DNA of 43,886 nucleotides from Deltaproteobacteria bacterium (GTDB lineage Bacteria; UBA10199; 2-02-FULL-50-16; JAJFLM01): NCBI GenBank assembly GCA_021772655.1, contig JAJFLM010000202.1, positions 1 to 43,886 of the forward strand, read 5' to 3'. Shown piece by piece: positions 29,628 to 39,534 of this stretch (position 1 is its first letter; each line of letters starts with the position of its first letter). The notes under the pieces were generated by a model. It saw only the letters and a program-made list of their open reading frames with translations, ran no database searches and was not told where the DNA came from. The position numbers and the translations under genes were made by a program.

Positions 29628-31673
29628 ATGGCATGGTTCCAACTTCAAACAACAAACTTTAGTCTCATGACATCAGCACTCCAGGTTTATGGGCAAGCGC
29701 AACGAGTTGTCACTTCGACTCAAACCTTGGTCGCTGAAGTCAATAGCTTAACATCTGAAGGCACCGCTGCGGTGGCTCTGATTGGACAACCGGGAAGCCT
29801 AAGACATGCTCTATTTATGGCCGCCCAGGGACCCGTTCATCAACTGCGTCGCGAAGTCATTGCTCCCATCAGAGCCCAATGGGAACAGCATCCTTTTCAC
29901 GTGCAAGGGACGCTAACACGGTTCCCTCAACTGAAGCAGCACCCACAGTGGCCTGTTTTATTAGCTTTAGTCAGCAGTCTCACGGATATCAGCCCGGCAG
30001 GATTTCCGCGCATTACCGCACCGGCTTTTCAGCAATTTATTGATCACGTCCCACATTTATTTTCTCAGGGCAATGAACTCATCGGCTGGCTCGACCAATT
30101 GGAAAACATACTCCAACATCAGCAACCTTTTGATGAAAAAGTAACCCAGTCCGTACAACGTGCAAGCAAGGTACTGCGTACCATGATCTTTACTGCCAGT
30201 ATCACAGCGCCCCCTGATCTATGGCTGCTGCGCCAAGTACTGGCCACGTTCAAAGACCTAGATATTTTAGAAAGCATCAACGCTGGAAAACTGATTCATC
30301 CCGTATCTTATGCTGCTCAACATGGTCTGGATGCTAAGCAACTAAAAATTGATTTAGATTTTCTGTATGGACGAGGGTACCTCGATAAAACTCGCTATGA
30401 TTGTTATATAAAAACCTCTGGGCGAGCCGCCGAAGTTTTAGAGAAAGTGGATCACTTACCCTCTCAGTACCGTCGCAATATGACCGAAGAATTACTGCAA
30501 TGGTTCCAAGGCAAGCAAAGTGCTGAACGTCAAAACCTATTACAAAGCTGGTTTCAGCAGCGGCGTTATGATTCAGGGTCTCACTCCGGTTGGATTGCGA
30601 ACATGCGCGATATAGAAGACGGGTACCGCTTAACACCGCTTGTCTTGGCACTGAAAGCCACCCAACAATTAGAAGGTTTACAGCTTGGGCAAATTTTTCG
30701 CCCCACTCATTGGACTCCTGAAATGGCCGAATTATTTGACAGTACAGGACTCACCCATGAGGGTCGACTAACCGCATTAGGGCATCGCATGCTGAGCCGT
30801 GGTAGCGGACCGTTTGGTATTATTGAAACCTATCACCCTTATACCAATCGACACCATGCCTTACTACAGGCTGAGGTCGAAAAACCTCATGTTGTACGAG
30901 CTGCCAATATTGCTGCCAGTCGCGAAGCCAATCGCAAAACCTTCCGTACGGCCGTACAACAGCTCCATAAATTAGACTACCGTCCACGCGTGGTGATTGA
31001 ACATGCCTTAGGCTTAGGCGTTGCCATTCAGGAGTTTGTAAAAGTTTTTGGTGAAGAGGGCATTCAATTTGTGGGAGCTGATTATGAAAACACGGCATTA
31101 GATGGCGCCCGCGCTGTCCATCAAGCCGGTGAACTTCCTGCTAAAATGGATTTTTATCAAGCCGATATTGCCGACCCACAAGCCTTAATAGATCAAATGC
31201 GCGAGGATGGCATCGACCCTCGAGGCGCTGTCATGATTGTCGGCAATGGTTTTCATGAAGCTCGCAAAGATGATGAAGACTTTGTAAAGGTCATCCGCAC
31301 TTATGCTCTCGCCGGCATCATCCCCGTCTTTATCGAAGAGTCTGCGTTGACACCCAAACAACACCGTACAAGTGCTTGGAATACCTACAATAGTGCGTTT
31401 AATTGGGTCCACGAAGTCTCAGGGCAACGGCTCCGTGCTCCCTGGCCCTATGAACCACCGCACCATCGCTTAAGCTGGCAAGAAGCCCTGGAACAAGGTG
31501 GTTATAGCATCATTCACGAACTTTCTGTTAACACGCGGCCCATGCTGCCTTATGCAGCACCCCCGACTCAAAACCCACCGATTAGCCGCATCACTATTGC
31601 TGTTCCTACGGCTGCTCAAGGTGGTCCTAGTCTGACATTAATCACAAATTCTGAAGATACTCCGGCTGCTTAA
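29628..31673 (+). CDS. AprA-related class I SAM methyltransferase-like protein with ~180-aa N-terminal extension
   Basis: HVVRAANIAAS, VIEHALGLG (motif I variant), FVGADYENTAL, QADIADPQAL and GNGFHE resemble AprA-type methyltransferases (recalled by eye); winged-helix-like segment upstream. Confidence 0.65.
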   Translation: MAWFQLQTTNFSLMTSALQVYGQAQRVVTSTQTLVAEVNSLTSEGTAAVALIGQPGSLRHALFMAAQGPVHQLRREVIAPIRAQWEQHPFHVQGTLTRFPQLKQHPQWPVLLALVSSLTDISPAGFPRITAPAFQQFIDHVPHLFSQGNELIGWLDQLENILQHQQPFDEKVTQSVQRASKVLRTMIFTASITAPPDLWLLRQVLATFKDLDILESINAGKLIHPVSYAAQHGLDAKQLKIDLDFLYGRGYLDKTRYDCYIKTSGRAAEVLEKVDHLPSQYRRNMTEELLQWFQGKQSAERQNLLQSWFQQRRYDSGSHSGWIANMRDIEDGYRLTPLVLALKATQQLEGLQLGQIFRPTHWTPEMAELFDSTGLTHEGRLTALGHRMLSRGSGPFGIIETYHPYTNRHHALLQAEVEKPHVVRAANIAASREANRKTFRTAVQQLHKLDYRPRVVIEHALGLGVAIQEFVKVFGEEGIQFVGADYENTALDGARAVHQAGELPAKMDFYQADIADPQALIDQMREDGIDPRGAVMIVGNGFHEARKDDEDFVKVIRTYALAGIIPVFIEESALTPKQHRTSAWNTYNSAFNWVHEVSGQRLRAPWPYEPPHHRLSWQEALEQGGYSIIHELSVNTRPMLPYAAPPTQNPPISRITIAVPTAAQGGPSLTLITNSEDTPAA

Positions 31674-31679
31674 ATAAAT

Positions 31680-34600
31680 TTAGCGAAGATCTAAATCAGC
31701 CCCATGCCGTAAAGTGCGTTCAGTGCGCACCGTTTCATGGGCAAAATAACTCAGATAACGTGACTCGGTCGTTTGATCATCAACACCAATAAATCGGAGA
31801 AAGTTCGTGCGCTGAGCACTCGTTTCAGCACTCACCGCTAGGGTCATCAGCTGAACCACAGCAGCCGTCGGGCCATGAGCAACGACAAAGTCTAATTGCG
31901 GGGCCTGTAAAATCATGGCCCGGCTTTGCATCGAGAAAGTAGCCACTAATAATGTTGGGGCCCCTGCACGTTCAAATAAACTTTGAATCGTTATACTGGC
32001 GGGACAAGAATCGGGCAACAGTACCGCATTACCCATAGCCACAGCGGCTGCCGCCGCACAAAACATGTCTGAAAAACTTTCTCGTTCTCCCCAAACAAAA
32101 CCCACACCTAAAGGCTGATCGTGCCCAATCTCATTGCGTTCTCCCGGCAAACCAATTGTTTCGGTGGGAACCAAATATTGTGGAAGTTGATGTGCTTGTG
32201 TCGCTAACCACGTATCAATAGTATTTAATTCGGCGACTGTTAAACGTGATGTCGATGTTTCGGCTTGGTTGATCTCAGTAGTCAACTGTGCAATTTCAGC
32301 ACGCAAGGAATGTAATAGATCAAGCCGTGTATCAAGTGAACTTGTTGACCACTGTTGTTGAATCTTTCGTGTAGATTTCAGGCGGTCCTCGATATGCTCA
32401 CGATGAGTTACTGTCTTTTCTTCAGAATACGCGCGTAAGGACTCATCGGAGCTACGACGTGACTGCACTTTGGGTTTTCCAAAACGCGCAACAATGTGAC
32501 GCCCTCCCGCCTTAGGTCCCGTACCAGAATTTTTAAACCCTCCAAAAGGTGTCTCCCAAGGGCGCGCGCCTGTCTGTGAACGATTGACGTATTTATTGCC
32601 GGCCTCCATTCTATTAAAAAATTGTGAAATGTGTTCAGGATCACGAGAAATCAACCCGGCCGTGAGCGCATAGGGTGAATCATTGGCAATTGCCAAAGCC
32701 TCATCAAAACCCGCCGCACGAATTACGGATAACACGGGACCAAAGATCTCCTCTTGTGCCAGCGGAGATTCTGGCATCACATGAGTAAAGATATGTGGGG
32801 CCATATAAAACCCATGGTCCGTCAAATGAGAAACTTTCCCTTTATAAACTAAGTCCGCATGACTCGCTGCCAAGCCTTGCTCTACATAAGACTGTGCCTT
32901 TTCTAATGAGGCCTGGCTGATCTGGGGCCCCAGCTGCACGTAGGGGTTGCGTGGATTGCCTAACACCATCGCTTGCGCCCCTTCAATCAAGCGCTGAATA
33001 AAGCGCTCGTATTGTGATGCCACCACAATAACACGTGATGTTGCCGAGCAACGTTGACCATTGAATTGAAAAGCACCTTGCAAGACAGCCGCCACGGCAA
33101 CATCAAGATCTGCCGTATCATCAACAATCATCGGGTTTTTTCCGCCTGTTTCTGCGACAACAATTTTAACACCACCACGTTGCGGCGGAAAGGCCGCCGC
33201 CGTCCGTTGAATCAGTTGGGCGGTGGTCAATGAACCAGTAAATGAAACAAAATCAATTTGTCGAGCTGCTACTAAAGCATGTCCCACCGTGGCCCCGAGA
33301 CCGGGTAATAATTGAATCGCGGCTTTGGGAACGCCAGCATCACGAAGTATTTCAACAGCCAACTTAGCCGATAATGGGGTATCTTCGGCCGGCTTACTGA
33401 TCATCGCATTCCCTAAAGCCAAGCCGGCAGCCAATTGCCCCATCGTAATCGCAAAGGGAAAATTAAACGGGCTGATCGCAACGCCAACACCGCGCGCCGT
33501 ATAGTTAAGCGCTTCACGACGACTATCCAAAGCATAGCTGCGTAGAAAGTCAACGGCCTCACGGATTTCTGCCAAGGCGGAATCCCAAGGCTTGCCGGCT
33601 TCAGCAACAATCGCCGCTGCGATTTCATATTGGCGTTCCATTACTAAAGTCGCCGCATGCTCTAAAGCACGGGCCCGCTTGTCAGAACTGAAGCCAGACC
33701 ACTCAGCATAGCCTTGTTGGGCGGCAACTAAAGCACGATCGATATCAGCTTGATTGGCAAAAACAACTTGGCCGACTGGCTCGCTAAGATTGGCGGGATT
33801 TAAAATAGGCTGGAGCCGCTGGGCATCATGAATCCGGGTTAATTCATCACCAATCAAGGCGGCTACTACCGGACGCTGTGTCAAAGGTTGGTCTAAGAGC
33901 TTGGTGAGGGCCTGCTCCATTTGTTGGTGCACTGCAAGGTCAGAAAAATCAGCTTCCGGCGTTAATTCAAAGCGCGGTTGCTGGCGCTGTCCAGAACCTA
34001 AAGGATGTTCGCCACGCTGATGCGGGTCGGCGTGATTGCGTTGGTAATCATCAAACTCACCCGCGACATGGGTTTGACCAATGGCCGACTGCGGACCCAC
34101 TTCGGCTAAACGGCGCACTAAATAACCAATAGCCTCCCCGGTGGTCCCAAAAGGCCCGTAATAACGCGCTGGAATACCTAATACTTTAACCGCTGCCGCA
34201 ATGGGATCTCCTACCCCTAAGAGCACTTGCGCTTCTAACAAATCACGGCTGACACCAAGAGCCTCGCGCACTTCTTGGCTATACCCTACATCGCGAATAT
34301 TGTGACTACCCGTTGCCGGACGCAACACATCCTGATTGAGCAAAGTCAATTCAACCAGCCGTCTGAAATTACGATTCGTATCTGCTTGTCGTAGAAATAC
34401 CGGAACATCCCAACCCTGGCGCACGGCTTCGATTTGTTCGTATTTGTGATAAGCCCCTTTAACAACCCGAATTTGTGGACGCTTTCCAGTCAAGCGTGCC
34501 GCATCTACAGTGCGCATCAACTCGACTTCAGAGTCTTTTAAATAGGCCTGAATGACCAAGCCAGCCTCTTCCCAACCCGCTAGATTCGGATGATTAAACA

Positions 34601-35705
34601 CATCCCATAATAAGCGATAACTCAGATCGCGCACTTGAAACTCTTCAAGGTCAATGTTCACGAGAATGGGTTTGCCTTGGGCCGCATAATACTTAGCCGC
34701 TTGAAAAATTTTTAACAAACGCGCCCCAGCCTCAACACGAACCTGCTGCTCTGCTAGCGCCTCAAAACGGGGAGTTAACGCCGAGAGTTTCACGGACACG
34801 TGACGCACCGGCACCCCGCCAGGCGTTCGGCTTTCACCTTGATAATGATCCGCCCACTGATTCATTAAGTTGAGTACTTTTTCAGTATAGTCATCGGCCT
34901 CCGGCTGACTCACCACCCGTTCGCGTACCACATCCAACGAAGTATGAACCCCTTGGGTTTGCAATTGTGCTGCTGTGTTTAATGCCTGCTCAATGGTTTC
35001 CCCAGCCAAGAAACGACTGGCCATCTGTTGAATCCCTTGTTTCAAACCCCAGGCGATTAAGCGGTCGGGCAACCAAGACCAAGTCCCGACTTTCAACAAT
35101 AGTCCTAATAGACCTTTCGCCTTGATTTCATGTCGCGGAAAATAACTCCGTAACAAAGTTGCAATCCGCTCTGGATCCTGTTGCCCGGCAGCTACATCCA
35201 TGAAAGCAATCATGCGGCGCTTTAAGGCTTCATCAGAAAGCATCTGCGCAAAGATATGATCTTGCAAACGGCGGATGGGCCCACGACGAAACGCCTTGGC
35301 GCGGGCAAAGAGACGTTCCCCCCAAGCAGCCGCCGTTTCCGCAACGAAGTCACTTTGATCGCTGGTTAAATTGAGGGAAACGGGTTCACCTTGAAAGTTT
35401 TTTACATACGAGGCCGTACTGGAACGAGCCTGCAAGGTTTGATGCAAGGCCAACAAGGAATGTAACCCTTGATGCCGCGTCTGCGGCTCTTGAATCATTT
35501 GATGCAACTGTGCCGTGGTCTGCGCTGTCACGGAGTCGCCAAAACCTGACAGCATGTCCTGAGCTGGCGTGACGGCGGCCGCTAAATCCCCATCCGCCAA
35601 CAGCTGTTGCAGCTGAGCCGATTGATCCATCCCTAAATTGTGAGCGGATGCCAGTAAAGGCGCAAGACTTAAGCTTGCCGACGCACCCATAACCCCATAA
35701 ACCAT
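31680..35705 (-). CDS. putA: Bifunctional proline dehydrogenase/P5C dehydrogenase with extra ~115-aa N-terminal extension and C-terminal ALDH-like domain
   Basis: PRODH motifs SVKLSAL, IDLEE, IQAYL, RVVKGAY, SHN, YLVRRL; ALDH motifs ISPFNFP, FTGS, AETGGKN, GQRCSA, EEIFGPV, PFGG. Confidence 0.93.
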   Translation of the reverse strand: MVYGVMGASASLSLAPLLASAHNLGMDQSAQLQQLLADGDLAAAVTPAQDMLSGFGDSVTAQTTAQLHQMIQEPQTRHQGLHSLLALHQTLQARSSTASYVKNFQGEPVSLNLTSDQSDFVAETAAAWGERLFARAKAFRRGPIRRLQDHIFAQMLSDEALKRRMIAFMDVAAGQQDPERIATLLRSYFPRHEIKAKGLLGLLLKVGTWSWLPDRLIAWGLKQGIQQMASRFLAGETIEQALNTAAQLQTQGVHTSLDVVRERVVSQPEADDYTEKVLNLMNQWADHYQGESRTPGGVPVRHVSVKLSALTPRFEALAEQQVRVEAGARLLKIFQAAKYYAAQGKPILVNIDLEEFQVRDLSYRLLWDVFNHPNLAGWEEAGLVIQAYLKDSEVELMRTVDAARLTGKRPQIRVVKGAYHKYEQIEAVRQGWDVPVFLRQADTNRNFRRLVELTLLNQDVLRPATGSHNIRDVGYSQEVREALGVSRDLLEAQVLLGVGDPIAAAVKVLGIPARYYGPFGTTGEAIGYLVRRLAEVGPQSAIGQTHVAGEFDDYQRNHADPHQRGEHPLGSGQRQQPRFELTPEADFSDLAVHQQMEQALTKLLDQPLTQRPVVAALIGDELTRIHDAQRLQPILNPANLSEPVGQVVFANQADIDRALVAAQQGYAEWSGFSSDKRARALEHAATLVMERQYEIAAAIVAEAGKPWDSALAEIREAVDFLRSYALDSRREALNYTARGVGVAISPFNFPFAITMGQLAAGLALGNAMISKPAEDTPLSAKLAVEILRDAGVPKAAIQLLPGLGATVGHALVAARQIDFVSFTGSLTTAQLIQRTAAAFPPQRGGVKIVVAETGGKNPMIVDDTADLDVAVAAVLQGAFQFNGQRCSATSRVIVVASQYERFIQRLIEGAQAMVLGNPRNPYVQLGPQISQASLEKAQSYVEQGLAASHADLVYKGKVSHLTDHGFYMAPHIFTHVMPESPLAQEEIFGPVLSVIRAAGFDEALAIANDSPYALTAGLISRDPEHISQFFNRMEAGNKYVNRSQTGARPWETPFGGFKNSGTGPKAGGRHIVARFGKPKVQSRRSSDESLRAYSEEKTVTHREHIEDRLKSTRKIQQQWSTSSLDTRLDLLHSLRAEIAQLTTEINQAETSTSRLTVAELNTIDTWLATQAHQLPQYLVPTETIGLPGERNEIGHDQPLGVGFVWGERESFSDMFCAAAAAVAMGNAVLLPDSCPASITIQSLFERAGAPTLLVATFSMQSRAMILQAPQLDFVVAHGPTAAVVQLMTLAVSAETSAQRTNFLRFIGVDDQTTESRYLSYFAHETVRTERTLRHGADLDLR

Positions 35706-35712
35706 GGCTCTG

Positions 35713-35739
35713 TCATCGGGAGGGGCAATGGAAAGTTGC
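35713..35739 (-). promoter_or_regulatory. Shared sigma-28-like promoter motif, copy before putA
   Basis: GCAACTTTCCATTGCCCCT-CCCGATGA, fitting inside a 42-bp intergenic gap, 7 nt before the ATG. Confidence 0.75.
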
Positions 35740-35747
35740 TGGTAAAA

Positions 35748-37325
35748 TCAACTATTTAGTAACCGAACACCTTCGCAAGCTTCATGCAAATATTCCAAAA
35801 CATTTGAAAGCTCATCGCCCTCAAGTGGACGCGGTGTAAACTTACGATAAGCCCCTGGAAGGCCTGATCGTCGATAGTAGTCCTGTCCCGACTTATAGAT
35901 ATCGCCTAAATTGACCATTAGAGTTAATGCCGCTTCTAAAAATGCAGGGTCATTAAGAATAGGGTGTTGCACGGCAAGACGCGCCGTAGAAAAATTACTG
36001 GTGGCTTTGTCACGAACCAAACGAAAAGTATTTCTTTGAAATTCACCTCTGAGTTCCTCAGCACTCATGAGATTTTTTGATCTATTATTTTTTAAATTAT
36101 CTAAGGTAGGCAAGATAGTTTCTCGGAATAATTCAAACCAACTCAATAACTGTTGGTCTGAAAGCGGTCGGTGCCCATCCTGAGAAACTTCCAAGCGTGC
36201 CGAAACAATACGCCCTGCCTGACGCCTTAAATCCCAAATCGCCTTGACTGTTCCCACTAACACACCATGCCAAGGGCCATTGAGCGGACGATAACTATGC
36301 CGACGAGACATGGTTTGAGTATATTCTTCATAATACCCAGGAAGCTGCTCCGCCAAAATACCGGCAACCGGCCATCCATAATTACCAAAGGGCCTCACCC
36401 AACGTTCCATTAACAAATCATTAAAATCTTCCGATAAATCCGTATTCGACAAACCAACGATAGAAAATAAACTATTAAAAGCATGCTTAATGTCATCAGG
36501 GGCTGGACGACGCCGTGGTAAATAAGTAACCATCAACATATAATCAGCATCACTTATAGCTTCATCACCAAACAGCAGCTCGTAGGCCGTCGTATCTTCC
36601 TCTAAAAATAACTCTTGAAATAGCTGAGGGTCGCTTAAAATTCTTTGCAAAGCTCCTGTATCATTCATCGCCGCACCTGGAATCGCCTCCTGAAAAACCT
36701 GGCGATCCGTGACATACGCCGCAATAGCCTCGGCTATTCGGCCTTTATAATGGTTCATCATTTGCTTCGCCCCATCACTTTGCTGCATGAGCGAACTTTC
36801 TAAACGTGCGCGAATCATTTCAGCACGTAGCTCGCGAGCCTCGGGATTAAACTGACCGCGATAAGTCTCCAACGAAAACAAACCCGTGCTATCGACGCGA
36901 AGCCATTTTCCAGTAATATACTTCTCAGCTAAACTGACCAAGGGCGCACCGCGATCATGCAAGGCTTGTTCGTCTATCAAAGCATGGCGCGCCTGGGGAA
37001 TATTACTGATTAATTCCACTAACTGAGGGCGTGATTGAACCTGAGTAAATAATTGATGAGCGGCCGCGATGCGATCTGCAACAGACAAATAATCATCACC
37101 CAGTTGATGTAAAGCAATGATGCCTAAACTATTCCAGGTGCGATAACCTAATACATGAAAGGCACTGACTAATTGGCCCACATGATGTTCTGCATGATCT
37201 AAACGGGTATTGCTAAGCGCTTGATCAAGCCATTGAGCCACCGTAGCCGGCCTTGCAATGGTGCTGGAGGCCAAGAGTTGAGATGAATCCAGAATGGTCG
37301 AAAATTGAGTGCCAGAAAGCCACAT
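35748..37325 (-). CDS. Hypothetical helical protein sharing an N-terminal domain with the adjacent PutA
   Basis: 525-aa ORF; residues 17-99 align with PutA residues 17-94; the remainder is not recognised. Confidence 0.85.
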   Translation of the reverse strand: MWLSGTQFSTILDSSQLLASSTIARPATVAQWLDQALSNTRLDHAEHHVGQLVSAFHVLGYRTWNSLGIIALHQLGDDYLSVADRIAAAHQLFTQVQSRPQLVELISNIPQARHALIDEQALHDRGAPLVSLAEKYITGKWLRVDSTGLFSLETYRGQFNPEARELRAEMIRARLESSLMQQSDGAKQMMNHYKGRIAEAIAAYVTDRQVFQEAIPGAAMNDTGALQRILSDPQLFQELFLEEDTTAYELLFGDEAISDADYMLMVTYLPRRRPAPDDIKHAFNSLFSIVGLSNTDLSEDFNDLLMERWVRPFGNYGWPVAGILAEQLPGYYEEYTQTMSRRHSYRPLNGPWHGVLVGTVKAIWDLRRQAGRIVSARLEVSQDGHRPLSDQQLLSWFELFRETILPTLDNLKNNRSKNLMSAEELRGEFQRNTFRLVRDKATSNFSTARLAVQHPILNDPAFLEAALTLMVNLGDIYKSGQDYYRRSGLPGAYRKFTPRPLEGDELSNVLEYLHEACEGVRLLNS

Positions 37326-37340
37326 AAAAATACCAACATC

Positions 37341-37367
37341 TCATCGACTACAGATGGAGAAAGTTGC
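37341..37367 (-). promoter_or_regulatory. Shared sigma-28-like promoter motif, copy before the 525-aa orphan
   Basis: GCAACTTTCTCCATCTGTA-GTCGATGA, 15 nt before the ATG. Confidence 0.75.
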
Positions 37368-37527
37368 GCTGGTCGGCCGTTGCAGGATTAATGGCTGTAG
37401 ATTCGCCACCAGGCAACATTGACAACTATCATCACACATCCATCATAAATGGATGAAGCTGGGGAAATTACCTGAAAAATTAGTTAGTTATGATGAGTTT
37501 TAGCACCATTTAAGACAAGGGGCCTTT

Positions 37528-37554
37528 GCAAGTTTTAGCAAGCAATAACGACAC
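37528..37554 (+). promoter_or_regulatory. Shared sigma-28-like promoter motif, degenerate copy before the VirK-like gene
   Basis: GCAAGTTTTAGCAAGCAAT-AACGACAC, same spacing, 23 nt before the ATG. Confidence 0.5.
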
Positions 37555-37577
37555 TATCTCCGAAACAAAGTCATTAA

Positions 37578-38756
37578 ATGATAGATAATTATAAGGTGAC
37601 ACTGACACTCAGCACCTCTTTGAACGCGCTCCATGGCCTTAGTGGATTAACCAACGCCGGCCTATGCAACGTTGCAGCTGCAGCCCCTATGATGGCTGAT
37701 AGTTTCTCACTCGGAACCCCTGAACCAAGTCGACAGCTTCACACGCCACATTCTTTATGGCGCCCCCCAGTATTTGAAGTAACAACAAGAATTGCTGAGC
37801 CTGTTGCTCTTGACCTCGACGTACTCAATGCCATTGAGCAAACAGAAAATTTCCTGGAAACTTGCGAAAACTTAGGGAGCAACTATCAATTAGGGCCCTT
37901 CATGATGGCTAACTTCCTTAATAACATTGGTAATATTTTCCCCACGCTTCTTCCCGAAACTACTGAACATCGAGCAAGGCTCCTCACAAGTTTTTTGAAC
38001 GCGTTTAAAGGACAAAGTGATTCTTTTGGAAAGTTAGCGACCTTCATTGCAGGCGACAACTGGCGGCTACGACCACCACGAACCCGGCAAGGTTTATCCG
38101 AAGTGCTCGATACGGCACTCACCGAACTCTACTTATATGAGAAATTTGGCGTACCATTCACGCCACAACCGACCTTTGACTTTATGCCTGAGTCGCCGCC
38201 GGCCATCACACTAGCAAAAATTGACATCCCTGGAAGCGACTACAGCTTGCAACTACAGCCGGGAGAAAATGAAGCTCACGGTGGCTTCAAAATGATACTC
38301 TCAGTAGGAAACCAAATGATACTCAAGTTTGGTTTACATCTTTCCTCAACTCATATCAGTATTGTTCAAATGCAGGGAGGCGGGAAAATTTTTGGCAAAC
38401 ACTGCGAACGAATACGCCAGCAACTCAACACAACACATCCTTTTGATTGGATGTTGGCTGGCATCACCCACTGGGCAGCAACATCAGGCTTTGAGGCCTT
38501 ACGTGGCTATGGCTATCGCCTCAATTCATCTTTGGTGAAACATTTAAATAATGGCGACTTCCCGCCGGAACGTACCGCCCATCTCAGACGGATTTATGAC
38601 CGGCGTTATTTGCAATTTGGAATGTCACCCCATCCAACGCACGCTGATATCTATGAATTAGCTTTGACCGACAGACATCGACATACAGGAACAATAGATC
38701 ACCGTCACTACCCCTTTATTACCGAGTTAATGAACCAGGTAGAGATCAAACATTAG
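37578..38756 (+). CDS. Hypothetical protein; C-terminal domain resembles VirK/YbjX (DUF535)
   Basis: EAHGGFKMIL...FGLHL...ISIVQMQGG...HPFDWML...A...GFEALRG...YD follows the DUF535 pattern by eye; S/T/A/L-rich N-terminus. Confidence 0.55.
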   Translation: MIDNYKVTLTLSTSLNALHGLSGLTNAGLCNVAAAAPMMADSFSLGTPEPSRQLHTPHSLWRPPVFEVTTRIAEPVALDLDVLNAIEQTENFLETCENLGSNYQLGPFMMANFLNNIGNIFPTLLPETTEHRARLLTSFLNAFKGQSDSFGKLATFIAGDNWRLRPPRTRQGLSEVLDTALTELYLYEKFGVPFTPQPTFDFMPESPPAITLAKIDIPGSDYSLQLQPGENEAHGGFKMILSVGNQMILKFGLHLSSTHISIVQMQGGGKIFGKHCERIRQQLNTTHPFDWMLAGITHWAATSGFEALRGYGYRLNSSLVKHLNNGDFPPERTAHLRRIYDRRYLQFGMSPHPTHADIYELALTDRHRHTGTIDHRHYPFITELMNQVEIKH

Positions 38757-38807
38757 TCGACTGGACGGCAGCAAGATTGTGGAACATTATTTGTCCAAAT
38801 TAGTAAA

Positions 38808-38843
38808 TTAAGCCCCATGCGCAAGCTAGCGCACAGGGCTTAA
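38808..38843. terminator. Hairpin between convergent genes, probable terminator
   Basis: TTAAGCCC-caTGCGC-aagcta-GCGCAca-GGGCTTAA with A/T-rich flanks. Confidence 0.6.
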
Positions 38844-38857
38844 AAAAAACCGATAAC

Positions 38858-39463
38858 TTACTTTTTAGTGATTTCAATCGATTTAATCTTATCACCGACA
38901 GCAATCTTCTCAGCGACTTCCAATCCGGCTGTAGTTTGACCAAAAACCGTATAGGCATTATCCAGAAAAGGCGTTGGTGCCAAAGTGATATAAAACTGCG
39001 AACCGCTAGAACGACGCTCAGGATTCACTTGATCGCCTAAACGCGCCCAGGCTAAAGCACCCTTAATATGTTTGTGCGGATTCCCCTTTAACTCAGCAGG
39101 AATCGTATAGCCGGGACCACCGCGCCCACTCCCTTCAGGATCGCCCCCTTGAATGACAAAACCAGGTTCCACACGATGGAAAGTCAGATTATCATAAAAG
39201 CCACCTTCGGCTAATTGCTTAAAATTAGTAACCGACAAAGGGGCTTCCTTAGCAAAAAGCTCCACGGTAATATCACCTTTGTCGGTTTTGATGACCGCTT
39301 GATAAGTTGCGCCGTCTTCTAAATCAGGCTTGCTGGGTTCTGAAAATGTTTTACTCACTTTGGCTTTCCTTTCAGTTTTCGTGGCGGATTCGCTCTTGCT
39401 GGTGCAAGCACCCGCAGCCACTAATAATGTCACCATCACTAAAATTTTATATTGAATACGCAT
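38858..39463 (-). CDS. Cyclophilin-type peptidyl-prolyl isomerase, lipoprotein
   Basis: Lipobox AGAC; FYDNLTFHRVEPGFVIQGGDP, GSQFYIT, YTVFG. Confidence 0.95.
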   Translation of the reverse strand: MRIQYKILVMVTLLVAAGACTSKSESATKTERKAKVSKTFSEPSKPDLEDGATYQAVIKTDKGDITVELFAKEAPLSVTNFKQLAEGGFYDNLTFHRVEPGFVIQGGDPEGSGRGGPGYTIPAELKGNPHKHIKGALAWARLGDQVNPERRSSGSQFYITLAPTPFLDNAYTVFGQTTAGLEVAEKIAVGDKIKSIEITKK

Positions 39464-39534
39464 GTGTTTCCCCCTTCAACAGGTTGTTCTGTTGATCTCA
39501 CATAGCGGATAGAGTCCGTCAAGTATTGCGGGAC

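Noticed and set aside
37413-37439. Extra GCAAC in the divergent spacer as another motif copy
   Set aside because: No CGA at the required spacing.
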